64,000 nt of DNA from Monocercomonoides exilis PA203 (GCA_001643675.2 LSRY02000053.1:248001-312000), one strand, 5' to 3'; shown: positions 50,255 to 64,000, counted from the stretch's first letter. Numbers and translations: made by a program. Notes: a model not told the origin generated them from the letters alone.

Positions 50255-50929
50255 ATGGTGAAGGTTTTAGTTCCACTATTTCAAGGATTTGAAGAAATTG
50301 AAGCTCTTTCAATTATTGACCTTTTGCGCAGAGGTGGAATCGAAGTGATTGTATGATTCATATTGTTTATTGAAATGTTTTGATTTTCTGTATTTCATAA
50401 TTTGGATTAGACTGCCAGCATAAGTTCCCACAAACTTGTTGAAGCTGGACACGGTGTTAAAGTGGAAGGTTGTGTATTGCAATTATTTTTTGGCTTTCGT
50501 TTGTTTGAAATTGTTTTTCACAATTTAGCTGATATTTTGTTTTCTACAGTTGCAACTGACATGTCTTTCAATGCAATTATCGTTCCTGGAGGACCAGGTC
50601 ATAAGCGCATTGGGGAATGCACTCCTTTGATGAATTTATTGACTCAATATCACAAAACAGCCGGAAAGCTCGTCTCGGCAATTTGTGCTGCTCCTGTATA
50701 TCTCGGAAAGTGTGGAATTCTTGAAGGAAAACGAGCAACTTGCTACCCTGGTATGATGAGTCAATTAACATGTGGAACACCTTGCAACGATGAAGTTGTG
50801 GTTGACGGTGACGTTATTACGTCTCGTGGTCCTGGAACTGCTTTTGCATTTGGACTTGCATTGATTGAAAAACTTGTCGGAAAAGCAAAGAGAGATGAAG
50901 TGTGCCAAGGTGCAGTCTACATGCATTAG
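50255..50929 (+). CDS. DJ-1/PfpI (ThiJ/YajL-like) family protein, two introns
   Basis: Exon 1 MVKVLVPLFQGFEEIEALSIIDLLRRGGIEV, followed by IIVPGG, catalytic AICAAP, ATCYP and ITSRGPGTA. Confidence 0.93.
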
Positions 50930-51487
50930 AATATTTGAACGAATTATGCAAGTATTTTGAAAACCGATAAAAACATTTTTATCCTTTTGATTTTCATTTA
51001 ACAAATAATTTCATTTTGGCATCGCCTTATATTTTTTAAAACTCGAATATTTATTGAATGAACATATATATTTTTTGGATAGGGAAGTTTCCTTTCCAAT
51101 GTTATTTTGAAAGTGTTTAATAAAAATAAGAAAAATTATTTACTTTCAAAATGTGATGTTAAGTTATAATTGTCACATTTTGCACTAAATTCTTTGTATT
51201 AAAATTTGAAAAAAACTCTTCACATAAAAATTAGCTTTCTCTGATAATTTCAGTGTTTTCAAAATTCATAACAAAATTTTAGAATCTCATCTGCATGAAG
51301 ATAAATTATCAACTCATTTCTGAGATTTTGTTTTTCTTTTTGAAAGAGTTGCCTTTCACACGATTTAATTTATCATTTTTACAGCCAAATTCATCACCAA
51401 TCATTCAACTTTATCCTTTTTTGAGGAAAAATTACTTTCTAGTTTTTATTTTTGCATAATATAGCCATAATATATTAATTTGATTTA

Positions 51488-52036
51488 ATGAAGCTGATAT
51501 TAACCTTATACTTGTTTTTGCTGAGCTTTTCTATGGAAGCTGAAGCATTGACCGTAACAACGAAAAATGCTTCGCATCAGTTTTATGTTGAAATAGCAAA
51601 GACTTCACTAGAAAAAGCGAATGGTCTTATGAATAGAACAGAGATGGCTGAAAAAAATGGAATGATTTTTTTGTGGAACAATCCTCAGCATGTTTGATAA
51701 TTTTTATTAGACTGTAAGTTTTTCAAAATATTTTGAATTTAGCTTTCTTTTTGGATGAAGAATACACTTATTCCATTAGATATCATTTTTATTCGTAAAG
51801 ATGGAACAATTGCTAAAATTCATAAGAGCTGTGAAATTCGCTCATTGAATTCACGCCCTAGTGGTATCTAAAATGAGAAAATTTAATTAATTATACAATT
51901 AATTTACGTTTTTATTTAAGGTTGTCCTTGCCAGGCTGCGTTGGAATTGAATGGAGGATCATGCGATAAATTTGGGATAAAAGAGGGGGATTACGTATCT
52001 TCAGAATCATTGAAAAGTGTTGGAATTCACAAATGA
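51488..52036 (+). CDS. DUF192 family protein with signal peptide; introns 51692-51742 and 51864-51920
   Basis: Spliced product: VEIAKTSLEKANGLMNR...GMIF...LSFWMKNTLIPLDIIFI..DG.I...ALELNGG...GIKEGD. Confidence 0.9.
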
Positions 52037-52503
52037 AAATCAATTGTTCTTTTGAAATAATGCTTTTTAAAAAAGTCAGTCATTTTTTTTTTTTTGGTGC
52101 AAAAAAATCAAAAAAATATTTGTTTAGTGCATTTTTTTTTTAGCAATCGCTCCTTTAAAATTGAATACAATTTGTTTTTGTGAAGAAGAATGAAGCGAAA
52201 ATAAATTTTTGTATTTTCAAAATACAAAGATAATCAATGAGAAGTTGACCATCAAAAGTTAACATTTTTGTGATAGTTTTTCATCGATAAAGCTTTTGTT
52301 GCAAAAATATTGCATATCTTGAACAATTATGTGAATGCTTTTTTCCATCTGTGTTAAACCACTTTCAAGGAAAAATTTTTCTTGTTATTTTTTTTAATTT
52401 TTCATAAATATTTCATCAATACTTAATAACTTAATTTTTATATGTGTTATTACAATATTTTTTATTAAGAAATTAATATTTTTTCTGGATAAATATATTT
52501 TTC

Positions 52504-53001
52504 ATGAGTTTCAAAAAAAAAAAATGGTTGAACCGGAATGAAGATGAAAGTCTTATTTGCATCACGATGGACACTACAATTAAACAACAAAAAATCAAAA
52601 GGATGAAAGCATCTCCATCTACACCTCAAACACCAAAAATTGAATTTCATTCACCTGGAGATAAAGCTGAATTTTCTGAAGATGGAGATTGGGTAAAAAT
52701 TGCAGAAGAGAAAATTGAAACTCTTCAAAATCAAATGTCAACAATAATTCAAAGTTTGTACGATCAATTATTTGCGATATTACGTAAATTCATTTTAGAA
52801 TTTGCAGAAGGCTACGAATCTCTATGGGAACAATTTTGCGAGAAGATAACTGAATTAAATGAGCAAAAAGTCAATATCATTGCTGCAACAGTTGGAGAAA
52901 CAGCGCGTGCAGAGGAAGATAGCAGAATTTTGAAAGATGAATTAACTCACACTCAGACTCTAACCTCTACTCTTGCATCAAAGCTTCTTCCTGAACAATA
53001 A
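52504..53001 (+). CDS. Hypothetical coiled-coil protein (start may be the ATG at 52567)
   Basis: 165-aa ORF with helical composition and S/TP sites; no family recognised. Confidence 0.55.
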   Translation: MSFKKKKWLNRNEDESLICITMDTTIKQQKIKRMKASPSTPQTPKIEFHSPGDKAEFSEDGDWVKIAEEKIETLQNQMSTIIQSLYDQLFAILRKFILEFAEGYESLWEQFCEKITELNEQKVNIIAATVGETARAEEDSRILKDELTHTQTLTSTLASKLLPEQ

Positions 53002-53168
53002 TATAATGTTGGCGCGTTCAAGCTTATCGCAATTCACATCAAAAATATCTAATTCTTCTTTTAGTAAATTTTCGTGTTAATTTTTTTTCTGAAAATCACG
53101 CAAAACAAGAAAAAAACAATTCTCGAACAAAAATATTTGCAAGATAAATTATATGAAATGACACATGT

Positions 53169-55246
53169 TTAAATCCATTTTTGAAAATGTTTGAACTCTT
53201 CCTTTTTCTTTCTGGAATAAACAATTGCATAAGCAAGAAGAGACTGCGAACCTATTAAAACTAATACAGTTGTTATTCTTTTATTTCGTTTGTTCATTCG
53301 TTCTAATTTCTTTGCTTGTGAAATTGCTTCCTTGGTGTATTGCTGGAAGTCTTTGCTTGAGGTAGCAACATCTAAAAGGGCTGTTCTTCTGAGGTTCATT
53401 ATCTTCATCGAAAGTCTTTCATTGAATCGATTAACAGTCATATCCATTCGAGTATTTGCCACTGTCTTGACATTCTGGAGGATTTTGTCCATCGCATCAT
53501 TCGTTATCTTGTTTATGGCAGAGGTGAGATTAGAGATATAGGAGTCGGTCAGTAAAGACTCTGAAGGAACAATATTGCTTGGCTGCTGCTTTGGCAGATC
53601 AATGACTATCTTTTTCTTCAGCTCTTCTCCAGCGGCCTTGACAGCTTTATTAATTTCTGCGTTCAGCGATACAAATATTTTCTTGTCTAAATCTTCTTTC
53701 AATTGATCCATCATTGTTTGAACTTCTGTTTGTATCCTTTGGAAGTCCTGCACCTTCACAGCGTCGCTTGGTGGAGCTTGTTGGGCAGAAGATGCAGGAG
53801 AAGTGGAAATTGTCGGAATTGCATTGATCTTTGCTGTGAGAGCATCTGCTTGCGCTTCTAATTGCTGCAATGCGTGTGCCAGCTGCTGCAGCATAACTTC
53901 ATTGTCTTGAGTGTCAATCACACGTTGCTGTTCCGCAAAGAGAAAAAAAAATGATATGAAAGCAAATGCATACAATTGAATGAATGGCAACAGAATGAAA
54001 CAAAACACAATTTATTGTTTTTGTGTTTTCAAATTAAAAAAAATAAAATTAAAAAAAAAAAAAAATTCCAAATAAAAATTGCACACCACTCCAACTTGTT
54101 CTGAAGATGCTTCATGTTGCGTTTTCTGTGCCTTTTCCGCTTCCCTTTGCGCAAGCCATTGTCGCATTACAGCAGTGCTTGGAATATGATGCTTTGGCGG
54201 TGCAATATCAACAGAGCGAATACCATGATAATCAAAATAATTCCCCGTAGCAGCCGAGAACCCAAAGTAGTAATTAAGCGGCAAATCCACATCGGGAACA
54301 AGCATCACTGTGGACAGCTCACGCCCGTCAGGAAGAACGATATAGTCCTCCTGCCCTTCAATTCGCGAGTAAGGCTTAATCAGATCGTCTGCTTCTGAAT
54401 GAAAGCCTCGGATGCGTGATGATGTTTGGACCCACAGCGCATTATTCTCATATACAACTCTGATGTGTACTGGCTGATCGTTCTCTGGGGAGCTGATGCG
54501 AAAGTCTGTCTGGGTTCCACCGATTTGTTGGGTGATCCCATCATGTGCATGATCATATTGCATTGTTCCATCATTTAGAATTGCCTTGGAAAAAGAAAGA
54601 AAATAAAATTATTAGCAAATACTTAAAACAAAGATTTGAGTATGAATGCTTTATACCAGAATATATGGATTATTTCTGATGAAATAAGATTAAATTGAGA
54701 GACAAAATTAGAAAAAACAAACCCTTTACGATCATTATCGTACGTGTCAAAAATTACAGCAAGACCTTTCCATTTATCTTCATTTCCGTATATATCTCCG
54801 ATAGCGCGAGGCTTTTCTACGTACCAAAATGCCAGACCATCTTTGAAATTGAATGAAATTGTTGTATAAAAATATTAATTTATTACTTGAAAAAACTCAA
54901 GCAAACCTGCACCACCTCTAGATCCGCCTCCAATCTGCAAATGTATGTAAAAACCATTTGTATATTTATTTAAAAACAAAAGAAAAAAGGTTAATCAAAC
55001 ACTTATTTCAAAATTTGCTTCCCATTCTGGAAAGTGATTTTGATAGTGAGACCACATATTTCCTTTAGAGTCCTTTTCTGGTGGAGTAAGTCTTATCATT
55101 TTTTCGGTCACAATCGTTTGCCCATCATAAGACCATCCATCCAGTCCGTCATCCAAATTCATTAGAAAAGGAGGCTTTGCGAAGAAAGGATTACTTGAAT
55201 CAGAATTAATGAGTTTCGAGAGGGCTATCAAATACAAAAACAGCAT
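53169..55246 (-). CDS. L-type lectin cargo receptor (ERGIC-53/VIP36/LMAN-like), multi-exon
   Basis: Signal peptide, IRLTP, ADGLAFWY across an intron, WKGLAVIFDTYDN, YDHAHDG, YFGFSAATG, a coiled-coil stalk, a C-terminal TM and a short basic tail. Confidence 0.9.
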
Positions 55247-55983
55247 TGTGAAGGAAATAAAAAATAAAAAAGGTGATTTGATTATTAAATAATGGTTTGT
55301 TTTTCTGATTGATAGTCAAAAAACATCGTTTTTAATGAACAAACATAAAAAACAATTTTATTTTTACATTCATTTTAACGATCTTTATCATTTTGAAAAA
55401 GAACTTTTTCAAAGTGCAACAGATTGAAACTGACGATGTAATTTTCATTATGTGTGCCCTGGAATTCTTACCTTTTCAGCACAAACTGATTTTTAGACTG
55501 GTGGAGTATTCTTCCTTCACTTCCTCCTCCTCCTCCTCCTCCTCCTCCTCCTCGTGAAACTATTATTGCACAGAAATTATCTTCTTCTTCTTCTTCTTTA
55601 TCTTCTTCCTCTTCCTTCTTCCAAAAAACAAACAACTCCTCAGAATTCTTCTCTTTTTTTTTTCTTCTTCTTATTCTCCAACTGTATTCTCTTCTGCCCT
55701 TATCATGACTTCAAGTTCTTTAAATTCTAATCCTGTTTCAATTCTTCAAACATTTCTTCAAATATCTCGTCAAATCCTTCTTTCTCTTCTTCTTCCTCCT
55801 CGTCCTCCTCTTCTATCATCTTCTTCCTCTTCTTCTTCCTCATCTTCCTCTTCTCATAATTCGCTTTCGTCTCATGTTTTGCCAAAGCAGTTCAATTTGT
55901 CGCTTTCTGAGTGTTCCAAAGCAGAAATTTGCGATTGCAACAAGGAGAAAAGCAATTTTGTGGATGAAACAAAAGAAAAAATG

Positions 55984-55985
55984 AA

Positions 55986-56072
<87 letters not shown>
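55984..56072. repeat. (AAAT)n microsatellite
   Basis: Directly visible. Confidence 0.95.
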
Positions 56073-57485
56073 AGAGGAGGAATTATTGAAGATAGGAGAT
56101 AATAATGCTGAGGATTTGGCAGCTGAATCAAAGAGGATTGAATCAGTTTGAAAAGGATGCGAAAAAGAAAATATGATGTGAAAAATTGTCTGAAAATGAC
56201 AATAGAAACAAAAAACATCAGCTTTTTCTGATTATTTAATTGCGATATTAATGCTCAAGAATAATAGTCTTTTTCCGCTTTCCATTTAAAAAAGGTGTTT
56301 GTTTTTTCATAAAAATGGAATTTTCAGTATATATCATTCGATATCCTTATTTATCGTGGTTGAAGAATGCAATGGTGCATTTTGAAGAATTTGTTCATTT
56401 TGTGAAAAAATGTTGACAAAAAGAACATTTATTCATCAAAAATAATTTTTAATTTTTTGTGTGTGTTTCTTTGATGAGCTGTTTTCAATTTTGTTTTGTT
56501 ATTATGTATTTTGAATTTCTTTTTTCTCAAAAATTCACATTCAAAATAAAGACGATTTCTCAACAACCAAGTTGGATTTTATCATGTGGATAATCGATTA
56601 ATATTTGTTGAAAAAAAACAAAAGGAAAAGAAAGAAAGAAAGAAAGAGAAAATTCATTTTTGATTTCGGAATGACTGAAAGAATAATATTTCTGTTCAAC
56701 TCTGTCGTTTTTTATTTTTTCACTTTCTATGATCATTTTGAATATCAGCAAATCATAAAAAAGGAAAAGAAAAGAAAGAAAAGAAACAAAACAGACACAG
56801 AAGCTGAAGCAGCGATGATCATTTTATGGCATTATAATAAACCGGAAGGGGGAATATTGACAGCAGAAAGAAAACACAAAAAAGGAAAATAAAAATTACG
56901 TGAGGAAATCAAATGCAAATAGAAATTCCAATTTGAGTCGGAATTGATTGCTGAAAGATGGCAGATTGACATGATGTTTGAGAAGTTGAATTTATTATCT
57001 GACCCCTCTATGTTTGACAGACAACGTTGAAGATGAACGGAAAGCATCAAAACTCAACGGTTGATTGCAGCAACACGAAGAATTTTCAGAGTATTGCTCA
57101 AAAAGGAAGATATTCTCTTCATTCCAAAGAAACTGAAATTTGATTGAATTTTTTTCTTTCCTCCAAAATCCCATTTTCCCTTTTATATGCTGAGAAATAA
57201 CCTTGCTGGAGTGTATCTCATGGAAAAGCCGTCTTCCTCCTTCTTTTCCAAATCTCAGTTCAACTGAAACGAAAATGGACTTGAATGAGCAAATCTGATA
57301 ACAATATCCAATCAAATGAATATATTTTCTTTTGATGTTTAACTCTCACCAAACTTAAAAAACTCCATCTTTTCTGTCAGAGCTGACCTTCATTGTTTTT
57401 CTTCATTGCACAAGATTATTTTGCAATTGATGCATTTGACCTTGATCTTCTGTCATTCTTCAAGCATGCTCTCCATATTCAAGAA

Positions 57486-57587
57486 CTTTTCTTTTCTTTT
57501 CTTTTCTATTCTTTTCTTTTCTTTTCTTTTCTTTTCTTTTCTTTTCTTTTCTTTTCTTTTCTTTTCTTTTCTTTTCTTTTCTTTTTT
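57486..57587. repeat. (CTTTT)n microsatellite
   Basis: Directly visible. Confidence 0.95.
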
Positions 57588-58462
57588 ATCATTTCACATT
57601 TCAATAATAATTTTTAAGCTTTTTTCCTCCCCAAAAATATTCTATTATTTCTCACTTCATTTTTACGAAGTGTTAAAAAAAAAGATAGAGAGTTTAAGTA
57701 GCTTGCATTTTCTTCTTTTCTTCTTCAAAGAACTTCTTCAAATAATTTGTCTCTAAAGAAGTTTTATGAGTCAAAAGCTGACATATTATTTCTTATTTAT
57801 CAACTTAAAAAGTCTCTTCTTTGCTCCTTTGAGTGGTTTCATGTTCCATTTGCTTTTTCCCTTGTTTCACTTTAACATTTGATTTTGGATTTCAGAAGAA
57901 GAGAAGTGAAAAGTCAGTGAACTGAAAAAAAAAATTACTAAAAATTGTTGATATTATATCGTGAATATTGTTGTGATGCTGCATCCAAAGAAAAGTTTCG
58001 AAGAGTTCTTCAAAATACAGTGAGATTTACAGGAATTACAAAGAAAATGAAACATCACAAACAAATATTCGAAAAATAAGATGGGTTGATTGTTGTGATG
58101 GTGATTGATGTTGTGAAAGTGAAAGTGAAAGTGAGCGAGGACGTGAGTGTGAGTGAAATCGAAGCATAATCAGAAGTTGATAACGAGAAGACTGAATGAA
58201 ATGAATGAAGAATCCTCAATTTGTGCTGATCATGCTTCGTATTCATCCAAAAGTGTTGCTTCATAATGAAATGTTTTATTCTCTTCTCTTTCTCTTTCTC
58301 TTTCTCTTTCTCTTTCTCTTCTTATTTTCTTTCCTTTGCTCATTTGCTTCAATCTGCCTCTTCTGAAATCTCTGTATCCATTCTTTTCCATTTCGTTTCA
58401 TTCCACTTTTGCCTTTTTCTGAGACTTCAACAAAAGGAATGAAATCAGGAAGAACATTTTCT

Positions 58463-60066
58463 TTACAGCTGCACAAAATAGTCTTCTATTTCAAAATCCA
58501 AAATATTTTCTTCAAGCATCTCATTAAAATTGAACACCAGCAATCCGCTAATGCAATCTTCGTATCCTTCTTCTTCCATCTTGTCAAATATCTTCCTTTT
58601 CACCTCTTTCTTGTGCGCTTCTCCCTTTTCATCCTTCATCTTTTCTCTCAACCTTTCACATATCCCTTCAAAAAAATCAATATACGCTTCTGCACACTCT
58701 TCTCTCAATGTAGGCAGCTGGATTTCCTCCAAAAACACATCAACCACTCCAATTTTCAACAAATCGTCGACATTCGCTGATTCATTTTCCTCCATATTTC
58801 TCAAGGAATAGATACACCAGGAGCTAATATCTCTGAAATTATCCTGGGCTGCTCGAAGCACATGAGCAATGCTGTCAACAAGCCCAGAATACTCTCCATT
58901 CCACAACTGACAGTATTCCAAATAAGATCCCAATTTAAAAATCCATCTCATCAACGTATGTTCTTCTTTCGCTTTTATTTTTCTCTCTTCATTCGAATTT
59001 TCCTTTTTCTTCCAATTCACACATTTCATCAATTCCTCCAATTCTCTTCTTGCTTCTCTCACAAAATGCAGCTCATTCACAATTACATCTTCCAAACTTC
59101 CAACTCTTGCATGACGCAGTTTAATAGCAATAAAACTTTTGTTAGTTATATCTTCATAAAATCGGTTGATTAAAAACTGCCAAGCTGATTGATATGCAAG
59201 ACGAGTCAGATTGTGGTGTTCCTGGTGATATTGGACAATCTCTTCGATCTCATGCAAGAACTGTCCTTTTTCAAATTTCCACTAAAAAATAAACAAAGAG
59301 AAATTATTTATGTTTGAAAAATATATAGAAATTCTCACACTTCAGAGTCTTTTATATAGCTCAAAGCCATCAAAGCCATTTCCACTTCTTTTTGAGTTAT
59401 CTCATCTTTCTCTTTCTTCAAAGCAATTTTCAGAAGACGGGGCACACAAACGACAAGTAATTTCTTAGGCATTGAAAACGCATACAACATTACATAGCAT
59501 ACGCAAAGATCGCCTAAAAGATTCTCTTTCTTTCCTCCTATCTTCTTATCTTCTTTAAAAATTATCCTTTGAATTCTTTTGCTCAGTAAAGATTCGTCAA
59601 AAATGTCATTCGACACTCCATTAAGCACTTTGCTGTATCCAATGTGCTTCAACAGCAAAATGGCATTTTCCATTGAAAGTTTCTTTTCTTCAATTATTTT
59701 GTCGATTTCGTCGTACAGTTCTTCTGTAAAAACATATTCAATCTCTTTTTCACTCATAACGTTCATTATTGTATCCATTTCAATGATTTTCTTTCTCTGT
59801 TCATTCCCATCGCAATCTTCCAGTTCATCAAGCAATTCTCCAAAAAAATAAAATAAAATAAAATTCAAAGCATTGAAAATTTTATCAACAGAAAAAATTA
59901 ACAAACTTGTGAACTTTTCTGTGAGATCTGATTTGAATTCTTCTTCATCGCTTTCATCATAATCCTCTTCCCCTTCTTCATCTTCATAATAATCACCACT
60001 GAAATCACCTTCTTCATAATCTTCTTCCTCTTCCTTAACTTGATAAAATGGAATTGCTTTCTTCAT
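58463..60066 (-). CDS. Lineage-specific helical protein family member (HHNLTRLAYQSAW family), intron-containing
   Basis: ORFs 59335-60066 and 58463-59257 are separated by an intron-like gap; same motifs as 1636-3022, with an acidic N-terminal extension. Confidence 0.75.
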
Positions 60067-61638
60067 TATATGTTCTTTACAAACATAAATTTACATTAAA
60101 ATTACAAACAAGATTATAGACAAATACAAACATTTTTATTTATCAAACAAGTACTGCGAGAATAATTTCAATCAAGCGGATTAATTTGACAAATATTTGC
60201 TGTGGCAAGAAAATAACTCGGATAAAGTCTGCTCAATATGTTTTGCTCGGGAGATCAAGTAAATCCTTTTTTTCGTTAAAATGATCAATCCTATTATAAA
60301 ATTTCAAGTTTTGGATATTGTTTGTGGATAAATTTCGAGGAAACGAACCCCGATTATTTTTTTGTAGTTTGGAGGTGAGGCCATTGTTTCCAATGAAAAT
60401 TTTTATCAGGAAATGGAAAGGGCAAAACAGACTGTTTTTTGATGAAAAGCATAAGTCCTTTGCTGGAGATGATTCAGCCATTTCTGTGGGGGAGCAAGAT
60501 ATTTGGAGGTTTGCATATTTTGCACAAATCTTTTGATTTGAAGGTGTTTGTAAAATTGTTTCGATATTCTTCAGGCAAAAGCAATAAAAAATGCGATTAT
60601 TAAAAATGAAAAATCAAACTTATCGAGTGAGCATAGCCGGAAAAAATACAAAATGGAAGAACTATGATTTGCAGACAAGCAGATTTGGGGGCCTCGAATT
60701 CTTCTCAAATCTACATGTTTGAAACAAACAAATTATTTGCTTAAAATATAACAGCTTTTCCAACAATGAAGCTGAAAACCATGACCAAACTTAAATCTCA
60801 CATGAAATGATCATCATTGACACGATAATCTGAAAGAAGGAGAACAACGAAGATCTATTTATGCTGAAAGCAATGCTCAAAGAAAAAGGAGTGAAAAGCA
60901 TTCACAGCGGAATTTATCATTTTTGAAGTTTACCAATGAAATATGATTTGTTTTTCTGTTCACTTAGCACAAAGCAGAAGAAAGGAGGAAATACTGAAAT
61001 GGATTTATTGTTTCAGTCTGAGCAAGTTGATTTATGAAGCAAAAGAAAGGCAGGAGTTGAAGTTGAGAGAAACGAATCACAGCTCATGAAGTTTGTGGAT
61101 TTCAGCTTCGCAAGTGCGCGACGGAACGCGAAGTCGCAGAATTGTTCATGGAGAATACGCACAGCAGCTGAAGCTATTGAGCATGCTTCATTCGATTTGG
61201 GGAAAAGGAGAAACGGGAAAAGGCAAAAATACTTCTTCAAAAGGTTATTTTTGAAGCCATCTTCGAATACACTCAGTTTTCTTCTGCTTTCTATGCAAAA
61301 AGAAATGGATTATGGATGAGATATGGAAAGAGTGCATTGCTAGGACTCTTCTTCTTCATTTTCTGATGCTATTTGATGAAAACTCTCATTTAAGATTTGT
61401 TTTCCAATTTTTCAAGATTAATTCCGCACAAGCAATATTTTCAGAAATTCAAAAAAAGGAAGTGTGATATCAAAATTCAATTTATCGAGCAAGTCCAACG
61501 AAATTAGAAAAATCTTTCGATTTGCATTCCCAAATTAAAATTGCTATCCATAATCAAAAATGAATATGGGACGAATTTTTTTTCGCCGAGAATAATCTAG
61601 AACTTCTACACCTTCTTATTTTGGGAGTGAGCGCTATA

Positions 61639-63616
61639 GGGTTATTATTTAACCCCAACCCATTTTTTTATTCTGACGCAAATTTTTGAAGTGAAAAATA
61701 TAGAAAAATTTAAAAAAATTCATAAGATGAATCAATTCTTCGAATTATCTTTCTTTTTCCTGGTTTTCTTTGAATCTCTTCATTTTCCTCTTCGTTTGGG
61801 TCATCAAAAATAACGTCAGAGCGTTTTCTTTTGATTTTTTGTTTGAATTCAACCATTTCATCTTTTTCGTTTTCTATCACATGTTTCATATCTTTTTCAT
61901 TCTCCTTTTCCTCATTTCTCCCTAAAAATCTTTCCCAATCGTCGAGAAGTTCTTTTTTGTAATTAACTTTCCAAAATAATCGAAACGGTTACGATGGGAA
62001 GGAAGAGGGTATTTTGATGATTCAGGTAGTTTGCGAAGAACCGGACCGAACGTGTTATGAAGGACTCCGCTTTGTTTAAAAGCATTTTTAATGACAGAAG
62101 GAGTGAAAGCGGAGTGAATTGCTTGAGGAAGCACGTCGACAAGTGCTTTTCTCGAAGCAGACGATGAAGTTGACGATGGAGCATCAAATGATGAAGAATG
62201 AGAAGTTTTGATAATCGCAAATACTCCTCAATCGAGTAGCTGAGACAAATGAGTATTGTGGGGGATGAATGATACGACATCTATGTTATTTTCTGAGGAG
62301 GTTTACCAAATTGTGGGATCACCGCGTGAAGGATGAGAGTCGATGAAAAAAAGGCATTTCTCTGTTTCCAGTGACATGCGCTTTCTCCTTTCAACGATGG
62401 AAGGGAGAAGAACTGTTTCTGTATATTTTTTGAAGTTTTTCTTGTCCATCCAGCCACTTTTGTTAGGCCAGATGTCCAGAGTCGGAGAGAGAAGAAGCTT
62501 AAGTTCGTCCGGTTGTTTTTCACTTGGCAAGAGAATGATGCAAGGCAATGAATAACCATCTGCAGCCGCGGCAGCAACAAGTGTTGCATTGTCCATTCTT
62601 TGTGCTTCTTAGCAATACCCACATCTTTGTCCAAATAGATGGATGACTTCGATATTGGCAGAAGAAGGAAAACGCAAAGATGACTCATCAACGTTAAATA
62701 TAAATGAAGGTGTATGATGATTTTTTTCGTGCAAATCTGTAATCGTGTTATACCAAGGCTTCATCACACTCTTTCAGGAAACAGCCAGTCGATTTATGTC
62801 CAAACTTTTTGGTTTGCTCTTCGTCAACTCAGGATGCAGCATCAAAAACCCGGACGCCGCAGCATTTGAAACTGTAATATGTGGCTCGTTTTCTTCTTTT
62901 GTGTCGTTTATAACATTTTCCATCTAAAGAAAAAATGTTATTGTCACAATAAAAAACTTGAGCAAACCAATTCTCTTGTTTTCTTCATTGTTAAACTGCT
63001 CCCACAAATAGAATCAATTTTTTCACATCAAGATCGGTTTCTTCCTTCTCTATGCTGATTTCCTGTGGTCTCCCAGATTTTCCAACTTCCCTTTTAGCTC
63101 GCAACGCCCGAACTGCGTTTTTAATACTGCTTCGGCTGAATTGCTTAGAATTGATGGCGTCTGTAATCCTGACGACGCCACCATACACGATGTGTTCCAT
63201 TCGTTCTAATTTATTCTTGTGCTTTCTGTAATGAAAAGATAACATGGCATGCTTTAATTTGTCTGCCCTGCTTTTCTTTTTTCTTCAACAAGGATTTTCA
63301 TTATTTATTTTAAGGTTTTGATCTAATTTTCATTTTTTAAAAAAAATTGAATTTCAAAAAAAAGAATTTATTTTGAATTAACTAAGTGGCTTTACACCCC
63401 TTGAAACCAACCAATTTCTCGCGGAAGCTTGATGGAATGTTTTAAACCCCCCCCCCCCCATTAGAAATAGGCTTCATTAAAAAAAACATTTTAAAAATGC
63501 ATTACAGATTCCTTTTATACAAAAAATCAAGTTATAATTTCAAAAAGTTGGATATGAAACTTTAGCAATAAAAAAAAGGTCAGAGTGAAAAAAAGGTGGT
63601 GGTTTAAAAATAACCC
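61639..63616 (-). mobile_element. Decayed pogo/Tigger-like (DDE_1) DNA transposon, about 2 kb
   Basis: Imperfect TIRs of about 38 bp (GGGTTATTATTTAACCCCAACC.. versus GGGTTATTTTTAAACCACCACC..), with TA on the left and TT on the right. Minus-strand remnants GKSGRP, IFNVDESS, TLVAAAAADG, NKSGWM, FFIDSHPSR, FIPHNTHLSQLLD and IKNAFKQSG carry stops and frameshifts. Confidence 0.85.
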
Positions 63617-64000
63617 TTTCAAGGGCTCAGTCGTTCAAGTGAAGAACTAGCGGTGAATAGCAAAATAAGAATTAGGAATAAAAATAATCGGAATTAAAAA
63701 TTTACAATTGATGTGCAAAAACAAAGTGCACAAGGTGATGTTGATTCGTTGCAATAAACAATTAAAAAATGAAAGAATTGGACAAATTTTGCCAAACATA
63801 TCTCATTTCCAAAGGGTGGGAAGAGTTTCACTCGTGGTGGGAAAAGAGGTGTTGAAGTTTCAGATTGTTCTCGGCGAATTAAAATGCAAAGCCTTTTTAT
63901 TCTTAAGAGCAATCGTTGAACTTCAACACCTCCTTATTTTGGGAGTGAAATAGTTGGGATTTCCTTCTTTCAAATTAAGCTCCGACTCCAATCATTGTAT

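Overview
AT-rich eukaryotic genomic DNA with short GT-AG introns and the standard genetic code. The gene families and style point to an oxymonad protist such as Monocercomonoides (inference). Recognisable host genes are a TMEM185/TMEM60-like membrane protein (5' end cut off), an IFRD-family protein, cytosolic Hsp90, a 2315-aa receptor-like pseudokinase, a GH31 alpha-glucosidase, WDR17, DJ-1/PfpI, a prokaryotic-type DUF192 protein with two introns, and an ERGIC-53/VIP36-type L-lectin. There are also four copies (two intact, two decayed) of a lineage-specific helical protein family. The main discovery is a candidate giant cut-and-paste DNA transposon of about 15.7 kb (23080-38811). It is bounded by 24-bp terminal inverted repeats (TIRs, 23/24 identical) and an ATTT target-site duplication (TSD). 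It contains an intact three-exon gene of about 1559 aa that fuses a Sola-like DDD transposase to an apparently catalytically complete USP (peptidase C19) deubiquitinase domain, plus host-like gene fragments as cargo. Two MITEs of about 255 bp share its termini. Other mobile DNA includes a decayed pogo/DDE_1 transposon, a 1001-bp foldback element with related ends, and further MITE families. No rRNA, tRNA or CRISPR array was recognised.
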